The translations under genes were made by a program, and so were the position numbers. The notes beneath the pieces were generated by a model, which had not been told where the DNA came from, did not search any database, and saw nothing but the letters and a program-made list of their open reading frames with translations. Shown here piece by piece: positions 26,748 to 35,352 of a DNA stretch of 64,000 nucleotides. The DNA lies in contig NC_043021.1 of assembly GCF_006345805.1 (NCBI RefSeq), positions 9,052,001 through 9,116,000 of the forward strand, read 5' to 3'. Positions within the stretch are counted from its first letter, which is position 1, and every line of letters starts with the position of its first letter. The stretch comes from Octopus sinensis (lineage: Eukaryota).

Positions 26748-29700
26748 ATATGTTTGTTTGTCTGTGTTTGTCTCCCACCCCAACATCGCTTGACAACCGA
26801 TGGTGGTGTTTTTACATTCCCATAACTTAGTGGTTCGGCAAAAGACACCGATACAATAAGTACTAGGCTTACAAAGAATAAGTCCTGGGGTCGATTTGCT
26901 CAACTAAAGGCGGTGCTCTAGCATGGCCGCAATCAAATGACAAACAAGTAAAAGGGAGTAAAAAGGGAGCAAATAAAGACATAATGCATATGGCAGTCTT
27001 AGATACATCATCATCACCTTCAACATTACAATTTAGTGTTCGTTTTCTATGCTAACAAGGATAAGATTGGTCGACTGGAGCTAGTAATCCGGAGAGCTGT
27101 ACCGGGATCCAGTCTGCCTTAGCCGGGTTTCTACAGTTGGATGTCCTTCCTAACACCAACCATTCCACAGAGTATGTGTGTGTCTTGCATGCCATCAGCA
27201 TAGGTGCTTTTTGTGTGTCAGGTGATGGTCAGGGCTGGAATTCTGATCATAATCCTGCTCAATTAAATCCGACCTGGAATTAAACAACAACAACAACAAT
27301 CTACAATTTATACATGTTCCAATCATTGGATACAGTGGAGGCGCAATGGCCCAGTGTCTAGGGCAACGGACTCACGGTCGGAGGATCGCGGTTTCGATTC
27401 CCAGACTGGGCATTGTATGTGTTTATTGAGCGAAAACACCTAAAGCTCCACGAGGCTCCAGCAGGGGATGGTGGCGACCCCTGTTGTACTCTTTCACCAC
27501 AACTTTCTCTCACTCTTTCTTCCTGTTTCTTGAGTAACGCTGCGATGGACTTGCGTTCCGTCCAGCTGGCGGTGGGGGACACATACGCCACAGAAACTGG
27601 GAAACCGGGCCCATGAGCCTGGCTAGGCTTGAAAAAGGGCACATAAATAAATAAATAAATAAATCATTGGATACACTCACTTGTCATCTGTCTTCTCTTT
27701 CTGGCTGACATTTCCTAAAGATGTCTTACCAACTTCCTTACTGACATTCCCCAGTGATGTCTTACCAAGCTTCTTGCCAGTTTTCCTGGGGATGAAACTC
27801 CTGTAATAAAAAGGAAAACAAATGGAAGTAAAATGACCGATGCCATAAATAGGGTTCCCTATCCAAGAACAGGTGAGAGATATCAGACTTTTTCTCAGAA
27901 AGTTGCATATCAGACCATCGTTCTATATCCCCAACCACCACCACCATCATCATCATCATCATCGTCGTCATCAAACATCCATGTTCCATACTGACACAGG
28001 TGGAACAAGTTGACAAGACCCGATGAGCACAAGGTTTGCATCATGTTCCAGTGTCTGTTTTCTTCTCTCGTCTTGGGACAGCATTCACCCGGGGTGGGTT
28101 GAGCTGGCTTCATTCATCCTCAATGCTGCATCTCTCACAAACGCCCCACCAGGCCTGGCGATTTGAGGCTAACGACCACGTGATCACCAACCACTCTTAT
28201 TCCAGCGGCAAACGCCGTAGATATGGGGGCCTAGGTTGGGGTTCCAGATCAGCCTTGACTGACTGTCATCAGCCAGGTTTTTCGTTGTCCACCACATCGC
28301 TTTCGCCAACCCTGAAGTGCCTGTTTTGGGATGGTTTCTCTATGGCCAGATACCGTTTCTAATGCCAACCACTTTACCGTGTATACTGGGATCTTTCTGC
28401 AAGATTCCAAACTCTGATGGGGTAAATGCTAGGAGATAAGGGGCAGAAGATGGATGAAGTATGAGAGAAAGAGCCAGAATGAAACAAGGTCTCTTGGAGT
28501 AGGGGAACAACAGGATTACTCACATTTTAGAAGAGAGAGTGAGGGTAATGAGGCAGGAAGCCAGGTAGAAAAACATTTCATCTAATTAAACCAGGTAAGG
28601 CTGCATAGTTAGACTCATTCTGCAACCACAGGATTCTGACTGATCCCGTTGTGTAGCATCTTAAATAAATGGCTTTCATAAGAAACCTAAGCTCCATGCA
28701 GCTCTGGCTGAAGGAAATGGCGAATTTCTGCTGATTCTTTCGCCACAACTTTCTCTCAGACTTTCCTCCTGCATCTAGCAGCTCACCTGTGATAGACTGG
28801 CGTCCAATCCAGGTGGGGAACCTATACACCAATGAAACCGGGAAACCGGCCCTTTATGAGCCAGGCGTGGCACGAGAAGGAACAAACAACTTTTACAATA
28901 CACTAAGTATTTCAACAATTTTTTTCATACAATCATCATCATCATCATTTAGCGTCCACTTTCCATGCTAGCATGAGTTGGACGGTTCAACTGGGGTCTG
29001 GGAAGCCAGAAGGCTGCACCAGGCCCAGTCTGATCTGGCAGTGTTTCTACGGCTGGATGCCCTTCCTAACGCCAACCACTCCGTGAGTGTAGTGGGTGCT
29101 TTTTACATGTCACCCGCACAGGTGCCAGATGGGGCTGGCAAACGGCCACGGACGGATGGTGCATTTTACGTGCCACCGGCACACGATATTTGATAATTAA
29201 AAAAAAGCCTTTTTAAAACACCGAATGGCAATGGTGGGGGGTCTGTGTAGGGTCCAGTGGAGTAAAATAGGAATCAAATGGGTCCATAGGCAGAAACATG
29301 GTCGAGAATCCCCGTGTTAGACTAAAAGCCTTCAAGGCAGTGCTCCAGCATGGCCACAGTTCAATGTCTAAAACAAGTAAAAAAAAAATTAAGTATGTTT
29401 AAAAACAAAATTTACCCAGGATGTTTGAATGTTGCATTTGTAGTTGTTGTTGTATTTTGTGTTTTTGTAGAAGATTCTGAATGTGGAGAAGATTTCGTGG
29501 CAGACGTACAAGATTGTGTTGTCACTTCCTTCCTAAAACAAAGAATTAGAAAAAGAAAAAAAATATATATATTTTCTTTGATAAAATTTTTTTTTGTGGT
29601 TTTTTTTTTTTCAAATCACTGTAGAAATGAACAAAATTTTAAAGATTACAAATTTTCAGCTATTACTCTCGTTGATGGTCTAAATAATTGAGACAGATAT

Positions 29701-30808
29701 ATACAAGAGGGTGCTGGTTTTAAGGGTATTGTGAAAGGCCTGGTTGGAGATCCAACCTTCTGAATTCTTTTACAGGGCTTAGAAAAACTGAAGGACCGCT
29801 GCAATAAGTGTGAATCAGAGAGGAGGAATATGATGGATAAAACCATAATTAACTGATCCTCCTGTATTTTCTTTTGCCCAAAGCCAGGAACTTTTCAGCA
29901 CCCCTTCATAAACTGGTTTCAAATTTTGGCACAAGGCCAGCAACTTTGGAGGATGGGCAAGTCAATTACATCAACCCCAGTACATTTCGTAAATTTGACG
30001 GATATTTGTCCTGATCTTGTTTGTTGTTAGCACAACGTTTCAGCTGAGATACTCTCCAGCTGTCATCAGGTGTCTTGGGGAAATTTCGAACCTGGATTCT
30101 CATTCCTAAGGTATTTTTCCATATTATTATTATTATTATTATTATTCAGGTCACTGCCTGGAATTAAACTCAGAATCTTGGGGCTAGTAGCCCGCACTCT
30201 TAACCACTATGACATATGACGTGGCGTAGGGGTTAAGAGCGTGGGCTACTAACCCCAAGATTCCAAGTTCGATTCCAGGCAGTGACCTGAATAATAATAA
30301 TAATAATAATAACAGTGAAAAATACCTTAGGAATGAGAACCCAGGTTCAAAATTTCCCCCAAGACACCTGATGAAGGCTGGAGAGTATATCAGCTGAAAC
30401 GTTGTGCTAACCACAAACAAGATGAGGACAAATATCCGTCAAATGTAAATAATGCACATAATTCCTCATCTCTTAAATATAGAACTGTATTATTGACCCC
30501 AGTGTTCAACTGTTCCTTATTTTATTGACCCTGAAAGGATGAAAGGCAAAGTCGACCTTGGCAGAAAATGAACCCAGAACAAAGGCAGACGAAATGCTGC
30601 TAAACATTTTGCCCAGCACACTAACAATTTTGTCATATTGAAATTTCAAGTGTATGGAGAAATGAAAAGGAAATACTTACTTTGCAGTTGATGTAGCAAG
30701 AGGAATCGGTGAACTACAGATGGTCTCATCATTAAAAGAACCAGTTCGAAATATTTTCTCTTTCACTAAACTTCCAGCAGTTGGTGATTGAGATACATTT
30801 CCAGCCAT
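286..30808 (-). CDS. CEP192: Centrosomal protein CEP192/Spd-2 orthologue; 18 coding exons in window, 3' end beyond left edge
   Basis: Spliced translation matches remembered human CEP192 motifs in order: PLATSTAK (PVAVSTLAR), FETDLAYRADF (WVTDLAYYTSF), DRMSVGTYMRIGSE (LRLSLGEFFAQRSE), CCIGIAEKSSIAIRNLSNHW (CCVGIASQTLLSVLNPTDRW), VKLVAVADSP..LEFGKQSWGTSKSLPVRLANKS (VTLTAIAESP..LDFGDLTYGGWKALPLKLINRT), GPAYGVPIQGEV..LNFGGVALG (GPQYEVVLKGEV..LAWGGVPLG). All 17 junctions are GT-AG and phase-compatible. Confidence 0.93.
1128..1342 (-). CDS. CEP192: CEP192 exon 17 (LIKMETSLMKPH...VQFYN)
   Basis: ccacag| ... |gtgagt; 215 nt, phase 0-2; ASH-like LLNSG..VDVTFHP. Confidence 0.9.
1802..2030 (+). mobile_element. 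tRNA-derived SINE family B (~230 bp), representative copy
   Basis: Head ggcgagctggcagaaacgttagc, B box GAGTTCAAATTCC, central gcctttcatcctttcggggtcgataaattaagtaccag (recalls the Meta/MESC-type SINE domain; unverified). Many copies, e.g. ~4310-4860, 5735-5935, 6425-6895, 12775-12965, 36630-37015, 39300-39490, 57460-57650, 62776-63715. Confidence 0.88.
2237..2373 (-). CDS. CEP192: CEP192 exon 16 (NTKSASLVGLVEIQLDVPN...INGVD)
   Basis: cttccatcctatag| ... |gtaag; 137 nt, phase 1-0; aligns with human KVDIEVDSPNP region. Not in the ORF track. Confidence 0.88.
2440..2815. repeat. (GA)n/(TG)n compound microsatellite
   Basis: Degenerate TG repeat. Similar tracts at ~35930-36310, 46150-46550, 48650-49070, 49220-49420 and 61780-62140. 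Confidence 0.95.
3181..3735. repeat. 140-bp tandem repeat, ~4 copies
   Basis: catattaaaaaatagccaagg starts at 3181, 3321, 3461 and 3601. Confidence 0.95.
3835..4018 (-). CDS. CEP192: CEP192 exon 15 (SQGVFRWDHY...NSALK)
   Basis: ttttcag| ... |gtgagt; 184 nt, phase 0-1. Confidence 0.88.
4111..4224 (-). CDS. CEP192: CEP192 exon 14 (IEPKSLEFGKQSWG...LRLVIS)
   Basis: ttttcag| ... |gtaag; 114 nt, phase 0-0. Confidence 0.92.
4945..5140. repeat. Cryptic triplet repeat (GAC/GAT/AAC)n
   Basis: Open in several frames with poly-D/N, poly-T/M and poly-V/I translations. A similar tract lies at 54960-55170. Confidence 0.9.
5313..5468 (-). CDS. CEP192: CEP192 exon 13 (VIFFPQEPGSY...ADSPRLH)
   Basis: tttcag| ... 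|gtaag; 156 nt, phase 0-0. Confidence 0.92.
6961..8843 (-). CDS. CEP192: CEP192 exon 12 (1883 nt; S/T/P-rich linker and start of first ASH/Spd-2 domain)
   Basis: tttttcag| ... |gtaagc; phase 1-0; inside the 664-aa ORF 6901-8895. Confidence 0.92.
9085..9415 (-). mobile_element. Ty3/gypsy gag remnant
   Basis: EYQLIWGC..EVQKSLI..LMEAVDTARAFEA, then after a stop and frameshift CQYCG..KCPAFGTHCKACGKPNHWGKMC (CX2CX4HX4C knuckle). Confidence 0.8.
9611..10138. mobile_element. Tigger-type MITE interrupted by a family C repeat
   Basis: Ends TA-gagtgatccct and gggatcactg-TA. Confidence 0.6.
9714..10020 (+). mobile_element. Repeat family C (RTE-like 3' tail ending in (TGA)n), representative copy
   Basis: ggagtggttggcattaggaagggcatccagcc...catgctagcatggaaagcggacgctaaacgatgatga with internal ~60-bp tandem units. 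Copies at ~1378-1700, 14335-14480, 17295-17690, 20210-20490, 26545-26710, 28940-29185. Confidence 0.85.
10290..11349 (-). mobile_element. Tigger/pogo transposon 5' remnant with nested SINE
   Basis: TA-CAGTGATCCCTCGC terminus at 11349; MAPKRAGTEPKRKRRMMAIAEKVKLLDALKE CENP-B-type HTH start at 10487. Confidence 0.8.
11364..11810. mobile_element. piggyBac-like TTAA MITE with a same-family copy nested at 11494-11714
   Basis: TTAA-CCCTTTAG...CTAAAGGG-TTAA termini. Further copies at 58148-58366 and ~62690-63870 (split by the SINE array). Confidence 0.8.
11896..12166 (-). CDS. CEP192: CEP192 exon 11 (FLYNQSLST...SDGCQDN)
   Basis: ctctcttacag| ... |gtgagt; 271 nt, phase 0-1. Confidence 0.85.
12200..12770 (-). 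mobile_element. Internally deleted mariner element
   Basis: TIRs tattgggttgtccggaaagtttgtgc / gcacaaactttccagacaacccaata; transposase N-terminus MEDRKVHFRHL fused out of frame to the C-terminal HPPFSPDIAPLDF segment. Confidence 0.92.
13042..13185 (-). CDS. CEP192: CEP192 exon 10 (DKCLEVPL...DRMSVGTYMRIGSETLPNS)
   Basis: gtttccag| ... |gtaggt; 144 nt, phase 0-0. Confidence 0.85.
13325..13726. mobile_element. MITE with 8-bp TSD (Merlin-like)
   Basis: TSD GACTCATG on both sides; TIR G(A/G)ATCTTTTC(G/A)GTTTGAAC(G/A)GCAGTTTTT. Related partial copy at ~55808-56180. Confidence 0.75.
13883..13950 (-). CDS. CEP192: CEP192 exon 9 (SGTSKLDADEAEFNGRNDCSNY)
   Basis: ttttctctag| ... |gtaag; 68 nt, phase 1-0. 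Confidence 0.85.
14134..14340. repeat. 19-bp minisatellite, ~10 copies
   Basis: Unit ggtcatacactctcggagt runs directly into the family C tail. Confidence 0.9.
14816..14962 (-). CDS. CEP192: CEP192 exon 8 (AENPEPLNVETFLDEPFETDLAYRADF...)
   Basis: tttacag| ... |gtaag; 147 nt, phase 1-1; contains the conserved TDLAY motif. Confidence 0.9.
15500..16200 (+). mobile_element. Penelope-like element remnant (RT C-terminus and GIY-YIG)
   Basis: LPSFKHAHNL..SFPCSRLCC and YTGQTGQCLTDRFAKHLRSI..VSHH motifs; interrupted by an RTE tail at ~15750-15870. Confidence 0.75.
16673..16736 (-). CDS. CEP192: CEP192 exon 7 (QNSEAVGQDKWGHQMNSTLMS)
   Basis: ttttctaattccag| ... |gtaagc; 64 nt, supplies the required phase 0-1 change. 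Confidence 0.7.
16789..17183. mobile_element. Helentron-associated (HINE/DINE-1-like) element
   Basis: ctagcagtatcgcccggcgttgctcggg end and ttttatatataaagat end; no TSD seen. Confidence 0.65.
19124..19609 (+). mobile_element. Solo LTR (486 bp) inserted in the microsatellite of a family A SINE
   Basis: TGTA...TACA termini, 4-bp TATA duplication, internal AATAAA at ~19490; the host SINE halves flank it. Confidence 0.75.
19893..20012 (-). CDS. CEP192: CEP192 exon 6 (EMSYCSTIGRPSAF...AGQTQ)
   Basis: ttcctttgtttgcag| ... |gttagt; 120 nt, open in phase 0-0. Not in the ORF track. Confidence 0.75.
21756..22702. mobile_element. Non-coding element with ~88-bp terminal direct repeats (Penelope pseudo-LTR-like)
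   Basis: ttaaggtatgtagaaaaatac...cattcgaaaccctca is repeated at 21756 and 22613; the interior has a long GA-rich tract. Confidence 0.55.
23027..23073 (-). CDS. CEP192: CEP192 exon 5 (TDFLSATPRIDNSLE)
   Basis: ttctctaatttgctag| ... |gtcagt; 47 nt, supplies the required phase 1-0 change. Not in the ORF track. Confidence 0.7.
24124..24161 (-). pseudogene. 5' half of tRNA-Val(AAC) inside CEP192 intron 4
   Basis: GGTTCCATGGTTTAGTGTTTATCACATCTGCTTAACA: 35 of 37 nt match the cluster AAC gene; it stops just after the anticodon. Confidence 0.75.
24605..25021 (-). CDS. CEP192: CEP192 exon 4 (GMESLLNPLN...VDLGKP)
   Basis: ttttactgcag| ... |gtaag; 417 nt, phase 1-1; lies in ORF 24408-25157. Confidence 0.85.
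25306..25575. repeat. 27-bp GC-rich minisatellite, ~9 copies
   Basis: Unit tgtcgcggggaacgggtgcctgtcatg. Confidence 0.92.
25868..25989 (-). CDS. CEP192: CEP192 exon 3 (SATIIPNFPAVEPYN...DEFLQ)
   Basis: aaacag| ... |gtaag; 122 nt, phase 2-1. Confidence 0.75.
27335..27661 (+). mobile_element. tRNA-derived SINE family D with 14-bp TSD
   Basis: TSD AATCATTGGATACA (27321-27334 and 27662-27675), B box GGTTTCGATTCCC, (TAAA)n tail. Other copies: 59449-59712 (12-bp TSD TATGGATACAGT), ~60395-60686 (minus), and a longer variant at ~18190-18605. Confidence 0.9.
27681..27800 (-). CDS. CEP192: CEP192 exon 2 (SFIPRKTGKKLGKTSLGNVS...)
   Basis: ttacag| ... |gtgagt; 120 nt. The phase 1 frame has a stop; the phase 2-2 frame is open and matches both neighbours. 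Confidence 0.75.
30029..30075 (-). ncRNA. Minimal type I hammerhead-ribozyme motif in SINE family E (sense in CEP192 pre-mRNA)
   Basis: GACAC-CTGATGA-C-AGCTG-gagagtatct-CAGCT-GAAA-CGT-T-GTGCT: core boxes present, perfect 5-bp stem II, loopless palindromic helix III (AACGTT), stem I with one mismatch. Confidence 0.55.
30221..30487 (+). mobile_element. tRNA-derived SINE family E with Penelope-like 3' module
   Basis: A box TGGCGTAGGGG, B box GTTCGATTCC, (TAA)n spacer, hammerhead-bearing tail. Inverted partner at 29993-30214; headless copies at ~25605-25770 and ~32040-32190. Confidence 0.8.
30362..30408 (+). ncRNA. Minimal type I hammerhead-ribozyme motif in SINE family E
   Basis: GACAC-CTGATGA-A-GGCTG-gagagtatat-CAGCT-GAAA-CGT-T-GTGCT. 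More decayed copies at ~25642-25688 and ~32101-32146. Confidence 0.55.
30681..30808 (-). CDS. CEP192: CEP192 coding exon 1 (MAGNVSQSPTAG...PIPLATSTAK)
   Basis: Acceptor aag| at 30822, ATG in strong context gccagcATGG at 30808, donor |gtaag after 30681, phase 2. Confidence 0.75.
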
Positions 30809-33705
30809 GCTGGCGGCACCATCTTTGGAAACAAGAAAAATAACATTAAATGTTAGTTAGTTAGTTAAATTTGGCTCAAAAGCAAATAGCAAGGCCATGT
30901 AGGGGGACATGGAGTTAAGTACAGGGTGGTGTTCATGTAAAGAGTTCAGGCCACTTGAGGTCAAGGGAGGCTTTGAACAAAGCGGTCGTCGGCATCTTCA
31001 CCATCTCGTCTGAGTTGAGTATAAATAACATTATATTTTTTTCAGATCATCGACTGCACCTCCGCACTCTCTCTTTTACTCTTTTACTTGTTTCAGTCAT
31101 TTGGCTGTGGCCATGCTGGAGCACCGCCTTTTAGTCGGGCAAATCGACCCCGGGACTTATTCTTTGTAAGCCCAGTACTTATTCTATCGGTCTCTTTTGC
31201 CGAACCGCTAAGTTACGGGGACGTAAACACACCAGCATCGGTTGTCAAGCAATGCTAGAGGGACAAACACAGACACACAAACACATATATATGACGGGTT
31301 TCTTTCAGTTTCTGTCTACCAAATCCACTCACAAGGCATTGGTCGGCCCGGGGCTAGAAGACACTTGCCCAAGATGCCACGCAGTGGGACTGAACCCCAC
31401 CTTGCAAATGTGTGTTGCTCTCAGTGTCTGTATGTATATACATGTATGCATATGCTCCAATCTGTGTATACTATATGTTTATATGCATGTGTGTATAAGT
31501 TTGTATTTATTAAATATATATATATATATATACGACGGGCTTCTTTCAGTTTCCATCTACCAAATCCACTCACAAGGCTTTGGTCGGCCCGAGGCTATAG
31601 TAGCAGACACTTGCCCAAGGTGCCACGCAGTGGGACTGAATCTGGAACCATGTGGTTGGTAAGCAAGCTACTTACCACACAGCCACTCCTACGCCTTGAG
31701 ACAGTTTTAGAATATTTACACAACTTTTTTCATCAACTTGGTCTTCGATTATCAGATGTCTTATTTTTGGTTTATGTGTATGGTGGGCAAGAAATAGGAT
31801 CCAGCTACCTTTTAATTTTGTAAGTTGTCTTATTCTTAACTGCTTGTGATGTCCAATAAAGGGTATAAGCAAGTTACAATAGTGGAGTAGAGTCTTTAAA
31901 CCCAAACTGTAGCAGGTTAGGGCGGAGCAGTGTAACCTGATGATTGAAAAGTCTATCCCTATAAATTTCATTAAAAAAAAAAAACCACTATCTATAGAAT
32001 GAGGTTAAATGATAAAACTAATTTAGAATTTACTAAATAATAATAATAATATCAAAAAATACATTAGGAATAAGAACCCAGGTTCGAAATTTCCCCCCAA
32101 GACACCTGATGAAGGCTGGAGGGTATAACTGTCGAAAAATTGTGTTAACAACAAACAAGATGAGGACAAATAGCCGTCAAATGTAAATAATGTGTGTCTG
32201 TGTTTGTCCCCCATCCCACCCTCAACATCGCTTGACAACCGAAGTTGGTGTGTTTACGTCCCAGTAACATAGCGGTTCGGCAAAAGGAGAACGATAGAAT
32301 AAGTACTAGGCTTACAAAGAATAAGTCCTGGGGTCGATTTGCTCGACTAAAGGCGGTGCTCCAGCATGGCAGCAGTCAAATGACTGAAACAAGTAAAAAA
32401 GAGTAAAACAGAATATCTTCCACTGAAAACTTCCTTCATTGAAAGGTCTTCAATCCGATTTAAGATTTATGGGAGGGAGGTTAAAAATTTTCCTTTTTTT
32501 CATCATCGTAGGACTTCCCGTGTCTAAAACGCAAATTTGCAGACGTTTTCAGAAAATTCCAAAATATAAACAAAAGTTATGAGGGGGTTATAGGCGAAAG
32601 TAAAGGATACGCACGCCCGGTGTTTAGGGTCAGGTTAGGGTTTTTGTTACGCCGAAAACAGGTGGTGCGCGTATTCTTTACCTCTGCCTGGGTTATATGG
32701 GGTGATGAAACCAGAATTTCACCGAATTTATCACCGAAAAAGCCTAATTTAAAGAATTTTGTTTTCATTTATTTGTTTTTAAGATAGCTATTATTCAACA
32801 TGTCTCGCCGTCCATTACATGTTCATATCGTAATGATGAAAATGCTAAAGTTTTAGGCTCAGGAGTGGCTGTGTGGTAAGTAGCTTGCTTACCAACCACA
32901 TGGTTCCGGGTTCAGTCCCACTACGTGGCACTTTGGGCAAGTGTGTTCTACTATAGCCTCGGGCCGACCAAAGCCTTGTGAGTGGATTTGGTAGACGGAA
33001 ACTGAAAGAAGCCTGTCGAGTATGTGTATATATATACGTGTGTGTTTATCCTCCCAAAATCGCTTGACAACCGATGCTGGTGTGTTCATGTCCCCGTAAC
33101 TTAGCGGTTCGGCAACAGAGACCGATAGAATAAGTACTGGGCTTACAAAGAATAAGTCCTGGGGGCGATTTGCTCGACTAAAGGCGGTGCTCCAGCATGG
33201 CCGCAGTCAAATGACTGAAACAAGTAAAAGAGTAAGAGTAAAGCGACTCCGCAACCATTAGTTATTCTAACCCCTCTGCTAGAACGCGATATAGTTAAAT
33301 GGTCGTCTTTACACACTCAAACATAAAAGATGTAGGCCTCCTATCTGTCTAGATTGATAATAGCTCCAAATAAGAACGGACTTCGTCTGCGACGACCCTC
33401 CTAACCCATACAAGCATGGAAGAGTGGTTGTAAAGTGATGATGATGTTGGTCAAGCAATCATGTTTTAATAGACGTTGATAAAAGAGATACATTATGCTT
33501 CTTAAATGTTATTTACGACTTAATTCTGTGCTATATAGAATAGAATTAAAGTTGTAAAAATTAAAAATTAACTTTATTTCGCCCTGACTGTAATTCACAG
33601 CTGACATCCGCCCTGAGCTTTTTATTATTGTCCTGATACGACGAAGACAGTTATTGTCGAGTTTACGGTGCCTTAGGAGGACAATATGAGAATAGAGACA
33701 TGATA

Positions 33706-34108
33706 GGCGCAGGAGTGGCTGTGTGGTAAGTAACTTGCTTACCAACCACATGGTTCCGGGTTCAGTCCCACTGCGTGGCACCTTGGGCAAGTGTCTTCTA
33801 CTATAGCCTCGGGCCGACCAATGCCTTGTGAGTGGATTTGGTAGACGGAAACTGAAAGAAGCCCGTCGTATATATGTATATATATATGTATGTATGTGTA
33901 TGTCTGTGTTTGTCCCCCTAGCATTGCTTGACAACCGATGCTGGTGTGTTTACGTCCCCGTCACTTAGCGGTTCGGCAAAAAGAGACCGATAGAATAAGT
34001 ACTGGGCTTACAAAAGAATAAGTCCCGGGGTCGATTTGCTCGACTAAAGGCGGTGCTCCAGCATGGCCGCAGTCAAATGACTGAAACAAGTAAAAGAGTA
34101 AAAAGAGA
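33706..34108 (+). mobile_element. tRNA-derived SINE family A (~400 bp), representative copy
   Basis: A box TGGCTGTGTGG, B box GGTTCAGTCCC, central (TA)n/(TG)n, tail (AAGAGTA)n. About 20 whole or partial copies, e.g. ~6013-6410, 10764-11168, 20847-21245, 23492-23872, 31075-31697, 32856-33242, 41150-41490, 42933-43335, 52174-52540, 53140-53510, 53757-54147, 56240-56460, 57238-57460. Confidence 0.9.
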
Positions 34109-35218
34109 TAGGAATAGCTTAAAATATAAAAAGAACTTCAGAATTCATGTCTGACGCGAGATAATGGCAATGTACTGTGATTCCACTAGACGTAGAATGC
34201 CTCCATGGCTGGCAGAAGACTTCGGAAGTACAGCAAAGCAATGATAAGTGTGTGTGAGACGGAGAAGATAAAAATACTTCATCAGAGACATGAGAGAAAG
34301 ACCTAAGATGAGAACAAAAAAAAACGAAAAACCAAATCTTCGATGAATTGTAAAACAAACTAGGAAACTTGTAGTGGGCTGGAGGGAAATCATATATATA
34401 TTTTAAGCGGTCTTGGGCCAACAGGTTTTTTTGGGGATCTGACCATACGCCATAAAGCTAAACCCTTGATGGACGGGATACCTAAAGTAATCCCATAAAC
34501 CGGCGTCACAACCTGGGGACCTTGAAGACTGCTTAAATGCAAGAAAGTATACTAGTCCCTTAATATTTGATATTCAATATTTCATCTATTCAATAAGACA
34601 ATCAATACTTCATTTCATTTTACTATATAAACTATATATACTACATATTCTATATTAATATTATAAGAATATAAATAACAGAGTTGGAATTCCTTTGAAT
34701 AATACATATATATTATGAGGGGTCATAGGCGAAAGTAAAGAATACGCAATATCCCTCTGTGTTTAGCCCCTTGTGGGTAGTAAAGAAATATATAAATATG
34801 TATATATATATAATACTTAATAATTAGGGTTCAGCAAAGATTTGCTTTACCACATACCGAAGTTTAGAAATAGCAGCCAAAACCTTAGCTATTTCTTCTA
34901 TTTTAAAAAGGGACTCCCAGAGAAACCAAAATACTTGAAGACAATCCACACAGGCAGAGAGGAAAGCAACGAAAATCAATCAATAACTGGTCATCCATAT
35001 ATAAATATATATATATATATATATAATTATAATTAAGGGTTAATTGCAACAAGTTGCTCAAAACCACATACCGAAAATATTAGAAATAACCCTTAATTAT
35101 AATTATTATAAACCTTACCAAAATATGGTCTTTTCCATACCGATAAATCTACTAGGTGAAATTTATTAATTTTATTAAATTAATTATATTCCACCCTTTA
35201 TTGCATATATATATATAT

Positions 35219-35352
35219 AGTAATTAAGGTTTAGCAACGATTTGCCTCACCACACACTGAATTTAGAAATAGCAGTCAAAGAGTTATGGCTTTGACTGCT
35301 ATTTCTAAATTCGGTGTGTGGTGAGGCAAATCGTTGCTAAACCCTTAATTAC
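35219..35352. repeat. ~63-bp inverted repeat with 8-nt loop
   Basis: agtaattaaggtttagcaacg...gcagtcaaag / ctttgactgc...gctaaacccttaattact; one mismatch and one indel. Confidence 0.92.

Noticed and set aside
28230-28277. Hammerhead-like CTGATGA-stem-GAA on the minus strand
   Set aside because: GAAC replaces GAAA, and there is no helix III, NUH triplet or stem I partner.
32856-32935. tRNA-like heads of SINE families A, B, D and E as tRNA genes
   Set aside because: A and B boxes are present but there is no complete cloverleaf, and each continues into a SINE body and tail.
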